Position numbers and translations under genes: made by a program
Notes under the pieces: model-generated
The model's input: only the letters and a program-made list of their open reading frames with translations
The model's database searches: none
Told to the model about the DNA's origin: nothing
Shown here: in pieces, positions 27,106-36,450 of the stretch
Layout: each line of letters starts with the position of its first letter
Position numbering within the stretch: the stretch's first letter is position 1
DNA from: a virus
Taxonomy: Duplodnaviria > Caudoviricetes
Length of the DNA stretch: 64,000 bases
Virus record (IMG/VR): IMGVR_UViG_3300020465_001196
Reading direction: 5' to 3' (one strand)

Positions 27106-27624
27106 TTACTCCGACTCGTTTGCTCGTTTTAAAGCGTTCGCTACACTTGGATGACTTGCTAAACCTTTAGCAATTTTTTCAATGGCCGCGTGTGCTCCTG
27201 AATAATTACCTTGCTTAAATCTAGGATCATTTAAAATACCAAATGCCATTTTAATTTCTTTATCTGAGAAACCTGCATTATCTTGAGTTTCATCTGGACC
27301 ATCATATTCTTTAACTTCTTTATCTTGTGGTTCTTCTGGTTGTACTACTATTGCAACTGGTGTTTCTTTTTCATTTTCTTTCTTTTCATCGTCCCAAAAC
27401 ATTTCCCAGTGACGTTTTTTTAAACCATCAGCCATTAAATCAAACATTTCGTAACTGTCATTGTGGCTTGATGCAAATTCACGAGCTAATTGATTAATTA
27501 CTTCATGATAATGTTCACCTGCTTTTACTCTAGTAATCATAGATTGAGTAGCATTATCGTAATAATCTTTAAAATTTTGTAATGATGCTGTTTGCTCTGG
27601 TTTAAATAACTCGTTTAATTTCAT
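27106..27624 (-). CDS. Putative virion internal protein
   Basis: MKLNELF leader; TAAATA upstream. Confidence 0.6.
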   Translation of the reverse strand: MKLNELFKPEQTASLQNFKDYYDNATQSMITRVKAGEHYHEVINQLAREFASSHNDSYEMFDLMADGLKKRHWEMFWDDEKKENEKETPVAIVVQPEEPQDKEVKEYDGPDETQDNAGFSDKEIKMAFGILNDPRFKQGNYSGAHAAIEKIAKGLASHPSVANALKRANESE

Positions 27625-27658
27625 AGTATGTGTTTCCTTGTAAATATTTATCTTTTTT

Positions 27659-27910
27659 TTATCTTTTTATCATTGGATAGATATCTTTAACTTTTGTTTT
27701 ATAAGACAACATATCTGGGCTATAACCCATTTTATATATTTCTTTACGTTTTTTACGTGAATTTTTAAATATTTTACCCATTGGATCAACTGCTTTAATA
27801 GCCTGTGCGTGTGTTGTACCCGGTGTCATTGGAAAACTTAAAGCGGCAATGTTACCACTTCCTGTTGCTCCAGCTGATGGTTCTTCATTTATAATATCAC
27901 GAATACGCAT
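27659..27910 (-). CDS. Putative virion internal protein
   Basis: Start moved to MRIRDIINEE just after the upstream stop. Confidence 0.6.
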   Translation of the reverse strand: MRIRDIINEEPSAGATGSGNIAALSFPMTPGTTHAQAIKAVDPMGKIFKNSRKKRKEIYKMGYSPDMLSYKTKVKDIYPMIKR

Positions 27911-27911
27911 A

Positions 27912-28301
27912 TTACCACTTTCTACACGACCAATATCTTGCTTTTGTCTTTGGACCTGGATTATCACAGTTATGTCTAGCACGGAAACTTTTACGTGCTT
28001 TAGGATTAGACTTTCTAATCTTCATAGTCTTTTCACCTTTTCTTTTAGCACTTGTTCCACCGTGACCAAAATTTACTTTTTTAACATTACCAGTTTTTGG
28101 ATCTTTAACATATACTTTAAACTTTGCAACATCACCACGTGTTGGTTTGTTTAGTTTAACTGTTCTGCCTTGGTATTCTGCTTCAAATGTATTACTTTCG
28201 TCTATACTGTATGCAAGGTAGCCAAAGTAATCATGAAAATCACCATGTACTGTAACTTCATTTTCATTTATTTGTTCAAATAATACGTCATCAATTTTCA
28301 T
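27912..28301 (-). CDS. Putative virion internal protein, basic domain
   Basis: MKIDDVLFEQINE leader; KVNFG, RKSFRARHNC, ARYWSCRKW. Confidence 0.7.
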   Translation of the reverse strand: MKIDDVLFEQINENEVTVHGDFHDYFGYLAYSIDESNTFEAEYQGRTVKLNKPTRGDVAKFKVYVKDPKTGNVKKVNFGHGGTSAKRKGEKTMKIRKSNPKARKSFRARHNCDNPGPKTKARYWSCRKW

Positions 28302-28302
28302 A

Positions 28303-28593
28303 TTATACCTCTATGCCTTTCTTTTGCTTTTTTGAATTTTCAATATCTTGTAGCATTTTTAAGAGCTTTTCACCAACATCTTTAAATTCTTTGTATTTAG
28401 GATCGTTGATAACTTTATCGCTTAAAAATTCATCCATAAAATTAAAATTTTGTGGTAAATCATCTGGCCATGCTTTAGATGGAAGTACAAATGAACCCAT
28501 TGCTAATGCTCCAGCTGTTGCCGCCGCTGTTTTACCCATACGTTTCATAAAATCACGTCTGTCATTTTCTGTTATGATATCAAATATACGCAT
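28303..28593 (-). CDS. Putative virion protein with twin-arginine-like signal
   Basis: MRIFDIITE followed by NDRRDFMK and a hydrophobic AAATAGALAMG stretch. Confidence 0.6.
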   Translation of the reverse strand: MRIFDIITENDRRDFMKRMGKTAAATAGALAMGSFVLPSKAWPDDLPQNFNFMDEFLSDKVINDPKYKEFKDVGEKLLKMLQDIENSKKQKKGIEV

Positions 28594-28597
28594 AATA

Positions 28598-29536
28598 CTA
28601 TTTAGTTCTTCCTGACTTCATGTTAGCACACCAGTGATACATCTTTGCTTTTTCACCTGATGCTTTTTTAGCCTTTGCTCTTAGGCTTGTAACTGATCCT
28701 TTGCAACTTGCACCAGAACGTTTTACTCTGCCAGGACGTGATTTACCTTTTTTCTTGCCGTCTGCAAAGTTTTCATTTAGATGTTGCTCTGATATATCTA
28801 AAAACGGAAAAACTTTTAATGCAAGATCTATTCCTGATACATGATCAGATGGATAATGGAACCCTGCTTGTATTCTCCCCATACCAATTTTTTCTGCTAT
28901 TTCTAAAAATTTTTCTTTATGACTAGGATGTTGTTTTGATAAAAATTCAGCAACTATTCTAGCACCACAACTATGTCCACTTGGATATGCTGGTGTTTTA
29001 TTACTTTCACCGTATAGTGTATCAAATTCCATATTGTATACTTCTGCCATTTGATATGGTCTTGGTCTATTATATTTGTTTTTAAATGTTCTAGTTATTT
29101 TCCAAACGTCTTCAATTATTGCTGATATTTCACTTGATCTATAATCTAAATTATTTGTGTTTAAATATTCTCTAAAGTGAAATGCATCCATCATATCTGA
29201 TGCTGATACAGAGTTTTCATCTTCTTGTGTTCTTTTTTCTTGTATGTTTGTAATTGTAACTAATTCATTTTTTGTAGTTTCACTATTATTACTTGGTGGA
29301 TTTTCTAATTCAACTTTTTCCCAACCTTCTTTAAAATGATGTTGTTTATATGCTTCAACTTTTTTATTAGACTCTTTCATTTGATCACTATTAAAGTAAC
29401 CCATACTATTCATTTCTGATTCTTTAATGCTTTCCTTTTTAACACAATTTGGTACACGTTTACCAAACATAGTTTTCATGCCCTTCTTTTGGTAACCGGG
29501 CCAGCATTTTTCATTTATTATATCTGCATATCTCAT
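28598..29536 (-). CDS. PAP2-family phosphatase flanked by basic Cys-containing modules
   Basis: KNKYNRPRP, YPSGHS, RIQAGFHYPSD; MRYADIINE leader. Confidence 0.82.
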   Translation of the reverse strand: MRYADIINEKCWPGYQKKGMKTMFGKRVPNCVKKESIKESEMNSMGYFNSDQMKESNKKVEAYKQHHFKEGWEKVELENPPSNNSETTKNELVTITNIQEKRTQEDENSVSASDMMDAFHFREYLNTNNLDYRSSEISAIIEDVWKITRTFKNKYNRPRPYQMAEVYNMEFDTLYGESNKTPAYPSGHSCGARIVAEFLSKQHPSHKEKFLEIAEKIGMGRIQAGFHYPSDHVSGIDLALKVFPFLDISEQHLNENFADGKKKGKSRPGRVKRSGASCKGSVTSLRAKAKKASGEKAKMYHWCANMKSGRTK

Positions 29537-29835
29537 TTTTTGTACTTGTTGCTAACGTTCTTAGCTTTACCTTTTCTATTTGCGTTAGAATCTTTTCTAC
29601 GTTTTCTATTTACTGCTTGGGCTATTGCTTTCTTACCACCTTTAGCTCTTAATGAAGCCGCTCTTGACTTTGATAAGCATTTAGGTTTACCTTCACCAGG
29701 TTTTTTATCACCACACTTACCAATACGTTCGCCTTTGGTATTATAACGATCCCAGCCTCCGCCTCCGGCACCACCTTTTTTACCTTTACCAAACCAAGCT
29801 CTTAGATCTTCATTTATAATATCACTTATCTTCAT
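29533..29835 (-). CDS. Basic putative virion internal protein
   Basis: MKISDIINE leader; DLRAWF...GW, CG..KPGEGKPKC. Confidence 0.65.
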   Translation of the reverse strand: MKISDIINEDLRAWFGKGKKGGAGGGGWDRYNTKGERIGKCGDKKPGEGKPKCLSKSRAASLRAKGGKKAIAQAVNRKRRKDSNANRKGKAKNVSNKYKK

Positions 29836-30026
29836 TACTTCTTACTCTTGTTTCCCCAATTTTTTGCACCAACTTTTCTGCATCTTACTAGAGCACCGCT
29901 GGCATAAGCTGAAGGCCAAACTTTGTATCTTGACTTAACTTTGTGATAACAAGCATCTTGTTTTTCAGCAAGTTTATCAAATTCAGCTTCAGTAATTGCT
30001 TTTGTTTTGATTTCATTTATTCTCAT
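29835..30026 (-). CDS. Small basic putative virion internal protein
   Basis: MRINEI leader; KVWPSAYASGALVRCRK. Confidence 0.65.
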   Translation of the reverse strand: MRINEIKTKAITEAEFDKLAEKQDACYHKVKSRYKVWPSAYASGALVRCRKVGAKNWGNKSKK

Positions 30027-30664
30027 TTGCCTATCCTCATATTAATTTGATCCCAATCAATAATTGTCATCATTGCTTTAATATATTTTGCTTTTGCATC
30101 TTTGGCAGGAATATAATCTGTAAAACTATGTTCCCACATATCAATTGGCATCAATATATCTGTTTTATAACTTTGATTTGGTGTAGTTTTAATTAAACCT
30201 GTTTTATTTAAATACACCCAACCACTACCTTGTATTGTCATTGCTGATTTAACCATTTCATCAATCATTGTGTTTAAATCACCAAATCTATCTTCAATAA
30301 GATCTTTTATAGCACCATCTGGTTTTGAACCATCTGCTTTTTGTAATTGTTCCCAAAACAAATTATGTAGCATAGCACCGCCATAATTAAAATCTGTATC
30401 ACCTTCTTTATTGTTATATCTTGTTACATATCCGTTTGACAATACGTTGTAATGATATTCTACGTTGTCTTTTGATAATACTGGTGCAAGGTCACTTGTC
30501 TTGTATGCTAATTTTGTTAATTCTAATTTATTTGGTTTTGATTCGTTCATAGAAAACCTCATTCTTTCTAAATATCGTTGCGACATCATTTGTTCTATAC
30601 TTTGTGTTGTTGTAAATTTTTCTTCACCAATACCTGCTAATTTTTTTAATCTTGCTATATCCAT
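30023..30664 (-). CDS. sod: Fe/Mn superoxide dismutase with N-terminal extension
   Basis: LAPVLS..NVEYHY, NYGGAMLHNLFW, QGSGWVYL, PIDMWEHS. Confidence 0.88.
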   Translation of the reverse strand: MDIARLKKLAGIGEEKFTTTQSIEQMMSQRYLERMRFSMNESKPNKLELTKLAYKTSDLAPVLSKDNVEYHYNVLSNGYVTRYNNKEGDTDFNYGGAMLHNLFWEQLQKADGSKPDGAIKDLIEDRFGDLNTMIDEMVKSAMTIQGSGWVYLNKTGLIKTTPNQSYKTDILMPIDMWEHSFTDYIPAKDAKAKYIKAMMTIIDWDQINMRIGK

Positions 30665-30667
30665 GTC

Positions 30668-33600
30668 TTAATCAATATAAAGTTGTGGACTTGCTGAAGC
30701 ATTGGCATCATTCCAATCAATCCCACCTATAACTTTAATCCCTTGTTGTACAAATCCTTCAGTAGCTCTTATGATTTTATATTCTAAAGATTGTGCATTA
30801 AACACCATAATATTAAACGGTGTTTGCTTTCCACTTGCATCTTTTTTACCATCACTGTCAGCGTAACTTTCATACAATAATTCAACTATTACTTTAACTG
30901 CGGTATCATTAAGTTGACCGTTTGTTACTATAGACTCTATTCTTGAATCAAAGTCTTTAATCGCTGTATGATTTTGAATCATTGCTTTCCATAAGGTTAA
31001 CATGAAGTCTTTCATTTTTACATCTCTATCATTTACATCTTGAATATTACTAGCAATAAGGTTATTAATGTTTTGTATTCCTTTTGCATTCCAATTTAGT
31101 TCTAATAATTTTGTTCCTGATAGATATGATTTAAGTAGTTGACTGCCAAGATTTGTAGTTATCCATTGTTTAATAACATTTCTACCTGTTGTAGGTTTAC
31201 TTACATCTTTACCGTTCATTCTTCCACCGGATTTAGCAGATTTACCTGCAGGGTTTCTTGTTTTAGCACCTTTAAGTTCATAAAGTACTCCGCCAACATT
31301 TAAATCTCCAACTTCACCTTTAATAATTGGATTACCAAACATAGTAAGAGCAACTTCTCCAGGACCCATGTTATGACCTGTTCCTGGTGGGCTGTAAGGA
31401 AATACATCTGTCTTAATTGCATCAAATACTGCTTTATACTCTGCACCAACATATCTTTCAATGTTTCCAGCATCAACACTGACCAACGACTGCATATCAA
31501 TTACTTTACCATCTTCTGCATCTTGTAAAAATTTAGTTAAATTTTCTTTTGTAATATTTTTCTTAACTAAAACTTCTGTTGTAAAACTACCTTTAAATCT
31601 ATTTGTGATTTCCCTTTGAATTACTCTATTACCACTTGCTTTGGAAGCCAATCTCATTATGTCTTCATCTAATCCTGCAAACCAATCTGAAACTTCACCT
31701 GCACCAGCATCTTTACCTGCTTTATGAATCATGTCAACATCTTTTTTTACATTTTGTGGTAAGATATTTTTAATATAATTTTCTGCTTGATCAATTGACG
31801 CAACAATTTTATTTTGTAAAAGAAACTGTCCACATTTATTCATATCTATTTTACACATATGAGCAATCATTTGTTGCATTTGTTCAAGTGATGCCATTGA
31901 TATTTGTTCAGCATCTTCTGTTTGTGGCGGTTGCTGTCCTGTGATATTTTTATATGCAACTGCTACTTTGTTAGCCAATGCTTTAAGATAGTTGGCAATT
32001 TTGTTTGACGTGTTAATATCTAAATCTTTGTTTTCTAAATCTTGCTTAATGTTATTAAGAGATTGTTGTACATTTTGAGCTGGTGCATTTTCTTTTATTA
32101 CACCATGTTTAATTAATAATTTTTCTAACTGTTCTTTAATAGGCAACATATAATGATTTTTTTTACCTTTGGTCAAGTATGATAATGTTCTCCAAGTTTT
32201 AAACCATTCGTCTGTACCAGGTTTTGCTGTTGATCTCATTTTTTGATTCATTGCTGTTCCTGGATGTGTTAATAAACTCATTGTTCCTGGATCATTTTGA
32301 TAAGGAACTTCAGAAGGATTAATTTCACCTTTTTTAATTTTTTTTACTTTTCTTTCTTGAATTACTTTTCTAATACCTTTAGTAATTTCTATTAAATCTA
32401 TTTGTTGTTGTAGTGTTAATTCTTTATTTGAACCATTCATTTTAATCAATGCTTCTTTCATACGTTTTACACGTCTCATATTTTTTGGTTGCATAATTGG
32501 AGGTACTCCATCTTTGGTTACTTTAAATCCCATTTTTTTAGCTTCAATTGGAATTTGATTAACTCCAACATCTTGTGTAGTGTTTATTCCTTTAACAATT
32601 TTTCCACCCCATTCTGTTAAATTGTACTGTCCTTTAAATTGTGTAAGTGCTTGTTCTACTTTTGATAATGGATCTTCATCTGCTTGATACTTAACTCCAA
32701 AGCCCCCTCTATCTCTCCAACCTTGAATGTTTCTTCCTCTATCATCAATTAATATGTTTGGCGTACCATCTGGTTGTACTGCGTATGAATCTTTTCTACC
32801 AACTATAATAATGTTATCTGGTTTAATAGCAAGTTCACGTTGTATCCATTTACGTTTTTGTTCTTCACTGTTTTTATGATCTCCTCTTAATGGAGATGAC
32901 AATATTGAATAACTCCCATACATTGCTGTTACCATTTGTAATAGTTTGTCAGCTGTTGGAAATTTTGGTAATCTATTAAAAAAATCTGTACCTACCATTT
33001 TATTTAATGTAGGATCTGTTTTGGCTGGTGGAATATCTTTATAGTTACCTGACTTAACTCCAGCCAGTTTAGCATACTCTTCAAAAAAGTTTGCTAACAC
33101 ACCATCCATATCAACATAAACAATTGGTTTGCTTTTTGGTTCTTCATTTACACTTTCGTTGATATCATATGACTTACCTTTGTGTTTTTCATAACCACGT
33201 TTGTCTAATGCTTTTTTATCTTTATGTGTTCCAGCCGCTCCACTTTTGCGAAGTGCTTCCATGTCTCTCCAATTTGGATCACGTTTTTTAATTTCTGGGT
33301 CTTTAGGCATTTTTGGTTTTTTTGATTCGTTAACACCCATTCCTTTTCTTACTTTTGTATATAATTCTTTTTTAAGATTTTCTCCACCATCAACTGTTTG
33401 TGAAAATGAACTAAAGTCACCTGCTCTTGCAAATGCTCTTGCCTTAGTTGCTGACACACCTTGTACATCTGTTGCATCTGCATCACGTTCGCCTGAACTT
33501 ACAACTGTAAATTTATCAATACCAAATTCTTTCATATACGGTTTCATCTGAGATTCAAAATCTTGTTTACGATCTGAACCAACAACCAATGTTACTTCTC

Positions 33601-33892
33601 TATAATGTTTGCCTAGTTCTTCAAGTGCCTGCCAAGGATTTTTTACATTTGGATCATCAACAATATTTACTGTTGGGTACATAGCTCTCATTAATGTAAT
33701 TTTATCTTCATAGTTTAATGGATTACGTTTTGGATCTTGTGTTCTACCAGTGTAAACATAATGGTCAGCACCATTGGCTCCATTTTTAACCATGTTCAAA
33801 AGGTGTGCGTGACCTTTGGTAGGAGGATTAAACCTACCAAAAGTAAAAACTGCCTTAGTACTTTTTGGCTGTATAAGTTCATTTAGCTTCAT
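30668..33892 (-). CDS. Multidomain protein: cytidyltransferase-like + HAD 5'-nucleotidase-like + C-terminal nuclease-like region
   Basis: FGRFNPPTKGH, VVGSDR, VSATKAR; YVDMDGVL...ILIDD; GPGE...GDLNVGGVLYELKG. Confidence 0.75.
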   Translation of the reverse strand: MKLNELIQPKSTKAVFTFGRFNPPTKGHAHLLNMVKNGANGADHYVYTGRTQDPKRNPLNYEDKITLMRAMYPTVNIVDDPNVKNPWQALEELGKHYREVTLVVGSDRKQDFESQMKPYMKEFGIDKFTVVSSGERDADATDVQGVSATKARAFARAGDFSSFSQTVDGGENLKKELYTKVRKGMGVNESKKPKMPKDPEIKKRDPNWRDMEALRKSGAAGTHKDKKALDKRGYEKHKGKSYDINESVNEEPKSKPIVYVDMDGVLANFFEEYAKLAGVKSGNYKDIPPAKTDPTLNKMVGTDFFNRLPKFPTADKLLQMVTAMYGSYSILSSPLRGDHKNSEEQKRKWIQRELAIKPDNIIIVGRKDSYAVQPDGTPNILIDDRGRNIQGWRDRGGFGVKYQADEDPLSKVEQALTQFKGQYNLTEWGGKIVKGINTTQDVGVNQIPIEAKKMGFKVTKDGVPPIMQPKNMRRVKRMKEALIKMNGSNKELTLQQQIDLIEITKGIRKVIQERKVKKIKKGEINPSEVPYQNDPGTMSLLTHPGTAMNQKMRSTAKPGTDEWFKTWRTLSYLTKGKKNHYMLPIKEQLEKLLIKHGVIKENAPAQNVQQSLNNIKQDLENKDLDINTSNKIANYLKALANKVAVAYKNITGQQPPQTEDAEQISMASLEQMQQMIAHMCKIDMNKCGQFLLQNKIVASIDQAENYIKNILPQNVKKDVDMIHKAGKDAGAGEVSDWFAGLDEDIMRLASKASGNRVIQREITNRFKGSFTTEVLVKKNITKENLTKFLQDAEDGKVIDMQSLVSVDAGNIERYVGAEYKAVFDAIKTDVFPYSPPGTGHNMGPGEVALTMFGNPIIKGEVGDLNVGGVLYELKGAKTRNPAGKSAKSGGRMNGKDVSKPTTGRNVIKQWITTNLGSQLLKSYLSGTKLLELNWNAKGIQNINNLIASNIQDVNDRDVKMKDFMLTLWKAMIQNHTAIKDFDSRIESIVTNGQLNDTAVKVIVELLYESYADSDGKKDASGKQTPFNIMVFNAQSLEYKIIRATEGFVQQGIKVIGGIDWNDANASASPQLYID

Positions 33893-34032
33893 CTATGTTT
33901 ACCTTGTCCATTATATTTTTTATAACTTCTTTTTTTATCTTTATTCATAGATGATTTTTTAACTTTACCACCGCCTATGCTAGTACGTTTTGGCTTATGA
34001 TCAATACTTGACTCTATACTTTTTAACGCCAT
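33889..34032 (-). CDS. Small basic 47-aa protein (not in ORF track)
   Basis: MALKSIESSIDHKPKRTSIGGGKVKKSSMNKDKKRSYKKYNGQGKHR; coupled at both ends. Confidence 0.65.
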   Translation of the reverse strand: MALKSIESSIDHKPKRTSIGGGKVKKSSMNKDKKRSYKKYNGQGKHR

Positions 34033-34415
34033 TATCGAGCTCCTCTTTTTAGATCTACATGATCGTATTCACCGTCTTCCATATTACTAATTTCTTCATC
34101 TGCTATTTGTTTTGCGGCTAAATTTCTAACTACACCAGACCATTTATGTCTAGCCATATGCCCTGCATCTTGCTTGGCAACATTATCAATTAAATATCTC
34201 CATAATTTAATTGCTAGATTATGATCGTATGTACCTTTAGCACGTTTACGCATAAGATTTATAATAATAGGAAAGTATTGTCTGTTGTATAAAGCTGGAT
34301 CGTTTTGTGCCAACATTGCTAATTCTTCAGCAGATGCTAATACATCAGTGTCGTTTGCTTGAGCAGGATCACTTTCAACTAGCTTTAAATACTCTTTAAA
34401 TGTTTTATTTGTCAT
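34032..34415 (-). CDS. Putative virion internal protein
   Basis: Leader MTNKTFKEYLKLVE resembles the T4 internal-protein targeting sequence. Confidence 0.6.
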   Translation of the reverse strand: MTNKTFKEYLKLVESDPAQANDTDVLASAEELAMLAQNDPALYNRQYFPIIINLMRKRAKGTYDHNLAIKLWRYLIDNVAKQDAGHMARHKWSGVVRNLAAKQIADEEISNMEDGEYDHVDLKRGAR

Positions 34416-34473
34416 GACAATTCCTTAAATTATGTATATACATACATATTTATACTGTCAAGAACTATTTCAA

Positions 34474-35052
34474 TTAATATAATTTTACTGTATTTTTAAC
34501 AGGAACACCTGTTTTAGCCAGTTCACGCATAACATTTTGAACTCCAACTACTTGCCTAAATGCATCGTGTAAAGCATGGTGTTTATCTGCTTTTGGCATA
34601 TTAGGATTAATGCCTAAATCAAATAATGTCCTAGTATCACGTATATCATAGAATTTCCAACGTATTCCAAGCTCTAGACGTTTACATACTTCTTCAATTA
34701 TCATTAAATCAAAACAAGATCCATGACTCCATGGCTTTTTAATTCCAAAAGAAAACTTGTTTAATTCACGCATTGCTTCTTGTATAGTAACTCTATTACC
34801 CTCACCAAATGCTTCATCTTGTGCTTCTTTAGGCTGTGTTCCCCACCATTCAATAGTTTGCTCATTGGTAATAAGTCCAATTTTTAAACAAGAATCTAAA
34901 TCAATTCTTTTGTAATAAACTTGATTTGGTGGTAATTGATCTACAGTTATTTTACTATAATCTGCGTGTGGATCAAACTTAATAGCGGCCATAGTTACAA
35001 TAGCGGCATTGTTTGATGTAGACAGAGTTTCTAAGTCAATCATTAAATCCAT
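34474..35052 (-). CDS. DEDDh-family 3'-5' exonuclease
   Basis: MIDLETL, WSHGSCFD, IRDTRT, HHALHDA. Confidence 0.88.
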   Translation of the reverse strand: MDLMIDLETLSTSNNAAIVTMAAIKFDPHADYSKITVDQLPPNQVYYKRIDLDSCLKIGLITNEQTIEWWGTQPKEAQDEAFGEGNRVTIQEAMRELNKFSFGIKKPWSHGSCFDLMIIEEVCKRLELGIRWKFYDIRDTRTLFDLGINPNMPKADKHHALHDAFRQVVGVQNVMRELAKTGVPVKNTVKLY

Positions 35053-35091
35053 AGTTGTATTATAGCACAAATAAACTATTTGTAAAGAGTA

Positions 35092-35733
35092 TTATTCTTC
35101 TGATTTATCTTTGTATGACCACTCATCTGTGTGGCCAACTGACCATTTAGGAGTATTTTCAACTGTGTAATTTTGTGTGCAAACTTTGAAGTCTGGCATT
35201 TTGCGTTCTGGATGTACTAAACTTTGATCTGTAAAAATTGTTCTGTTGTTTGGCTGTGCCGCAAACTGGCCGTTATTTAATTTAATAAAGTTGAATGATT
35301 TGTGTTCTGGATCATGTTCTGAAAAATTTGTGTTAAGTGTGCTGTTGTCTCTGTGGCAAGTATCAAGTGTAAACATATATTCTCCCTTGTGCATCTTTTT
35401 ATCTTTACCAAAAAACTCACAATCAGCTAACATTGGTTTTTGAATTACTGTGATATCATAATCAAAACAATCCCATATTTGTAATGTGTCTAATGGAAGT
35501 TGATTATCTTTATCATAATCTTCTTTCCAAACAAATGCACTCAAAGGTAGTTTATCATATAGTGCACCATACTCTGTAAGAAGTGTTTCTATGTATAATG
35601 CTTTGCCCATTATACTTCTAATTGAAATCCAAACACCAGGAGTCAATTCTCCATGACCTTTTTGTAGATCGTAGAGATACTCTTTTTTTACATACACTTC
35701 AATTGGTGGTAGGTTATGCACTAAAAAAGCCAT
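35092..35733 (-). CDS. Conserved-looking hypothetical protein
   Basis: Good RBS; GALYDKLPLSAF, QIWDCF, EHKSFN, FAAQPNNR. Confidence 0.7.
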   Translation of the reverse strand: MAFLVHNLPPIEVYVKKEYLYDLQKGHGELTPGVWISIRSIMGKALYIETLLTEYGALYDKLPLSAFVWKEDYDKDNQLPLDTLQIWDCFDYDITVIQKPMLADCEFFGKDKKMHKGEYMFTLDTCHRDNSTLNTNFSEHDPEHKSFNFIKLNNGQFAAQPNNRTIFTDQSLVHPERKMPDFKVCTQNYTVENTPKWSVGHTDEWSYKDKSEE

Positions 35734-35760
35734 TTGCTCTCCCTTGTAATATAATAGTAT

Positions 35761-36450
35761 TTATTTTTTATTACTATTTTCAAAGTCATTATACCAATTT
35801 AAAAACTCATTTTGATTATCTATCCAAGTTAATTTTTCTTCATTACTTTGTGGACTTTGCCTAGACATTAAATCACCATTAATGGGCCAGTCTGATAAAT
35901 CTTCAAACCATACTTCACGTTCAATAACTTTTAATTTTTTAACTTCTTTTTTAAACATTTCATGTCGTAATTTTAAATTATCAAACCATTCTTTTTTATA
36001 ATAAAATTTGTTATCACTTAATCCATTTAAGGTAGTATTTTTGTGTTTTGAAGTTTTCCAATGTGCCCATTTACCAGTTGTCCACCCAATTCCATAACTT
36101 ATAAACTGACCTAGCACGTCTTTTCTTTTTACTACAATTACAGGACGATTTTTTATATAATCAAAAATATGTTTGCTCATCTCAGGACCAGGATGTAATT
36201 TAAATACACTTAACTTTGCTAAATCTTCTTTTATTCTTTTTTTAGTTTCTTTGTTAGCACCTTTTTTATCCATCATATCATATGGCCAAGAATCACTGTC
36301 TGGTTCAAAATATTCAAAACCATAATCTTGACCTAATGCCTGATAACCTTGTTCTTTAAACTTATTCCAATACCACGTTGTAACAAATGATGTTCCGGAC
36401 CTAGGTGTACCTAAAATAATTTTATGATCTGGTTTGATCCATTTTATCAT
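35761..36450 (-). CDS. Sulfotransferase-like protein
   Basis: GTPRSGTSF (5'-PSB loop) and KRKDVLGQFIS (3'-PB). Confidence 0.65.
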   Translation of the reverse strand: MIKWIKPDHKIILGTPRSGTSFVTTWYWNKFKEQGYQALGQDYGFEYFEPDSDSWPYDMMDKKGANKETKKRIKEDLAKLSVFKLHPGPEMSKHIFDYIKNRPVIVVKRKDVLGQFISYGIGWTTGKWAHWKTSKHKNTTLNGLSDNKFYYKKEWFDNLKLRHEMFKKEVKKLKVIEREVWFEDLSDWPINGDLMSRQSPQSNEEKLTWIDNQNEFLNWYNDFENSNKK

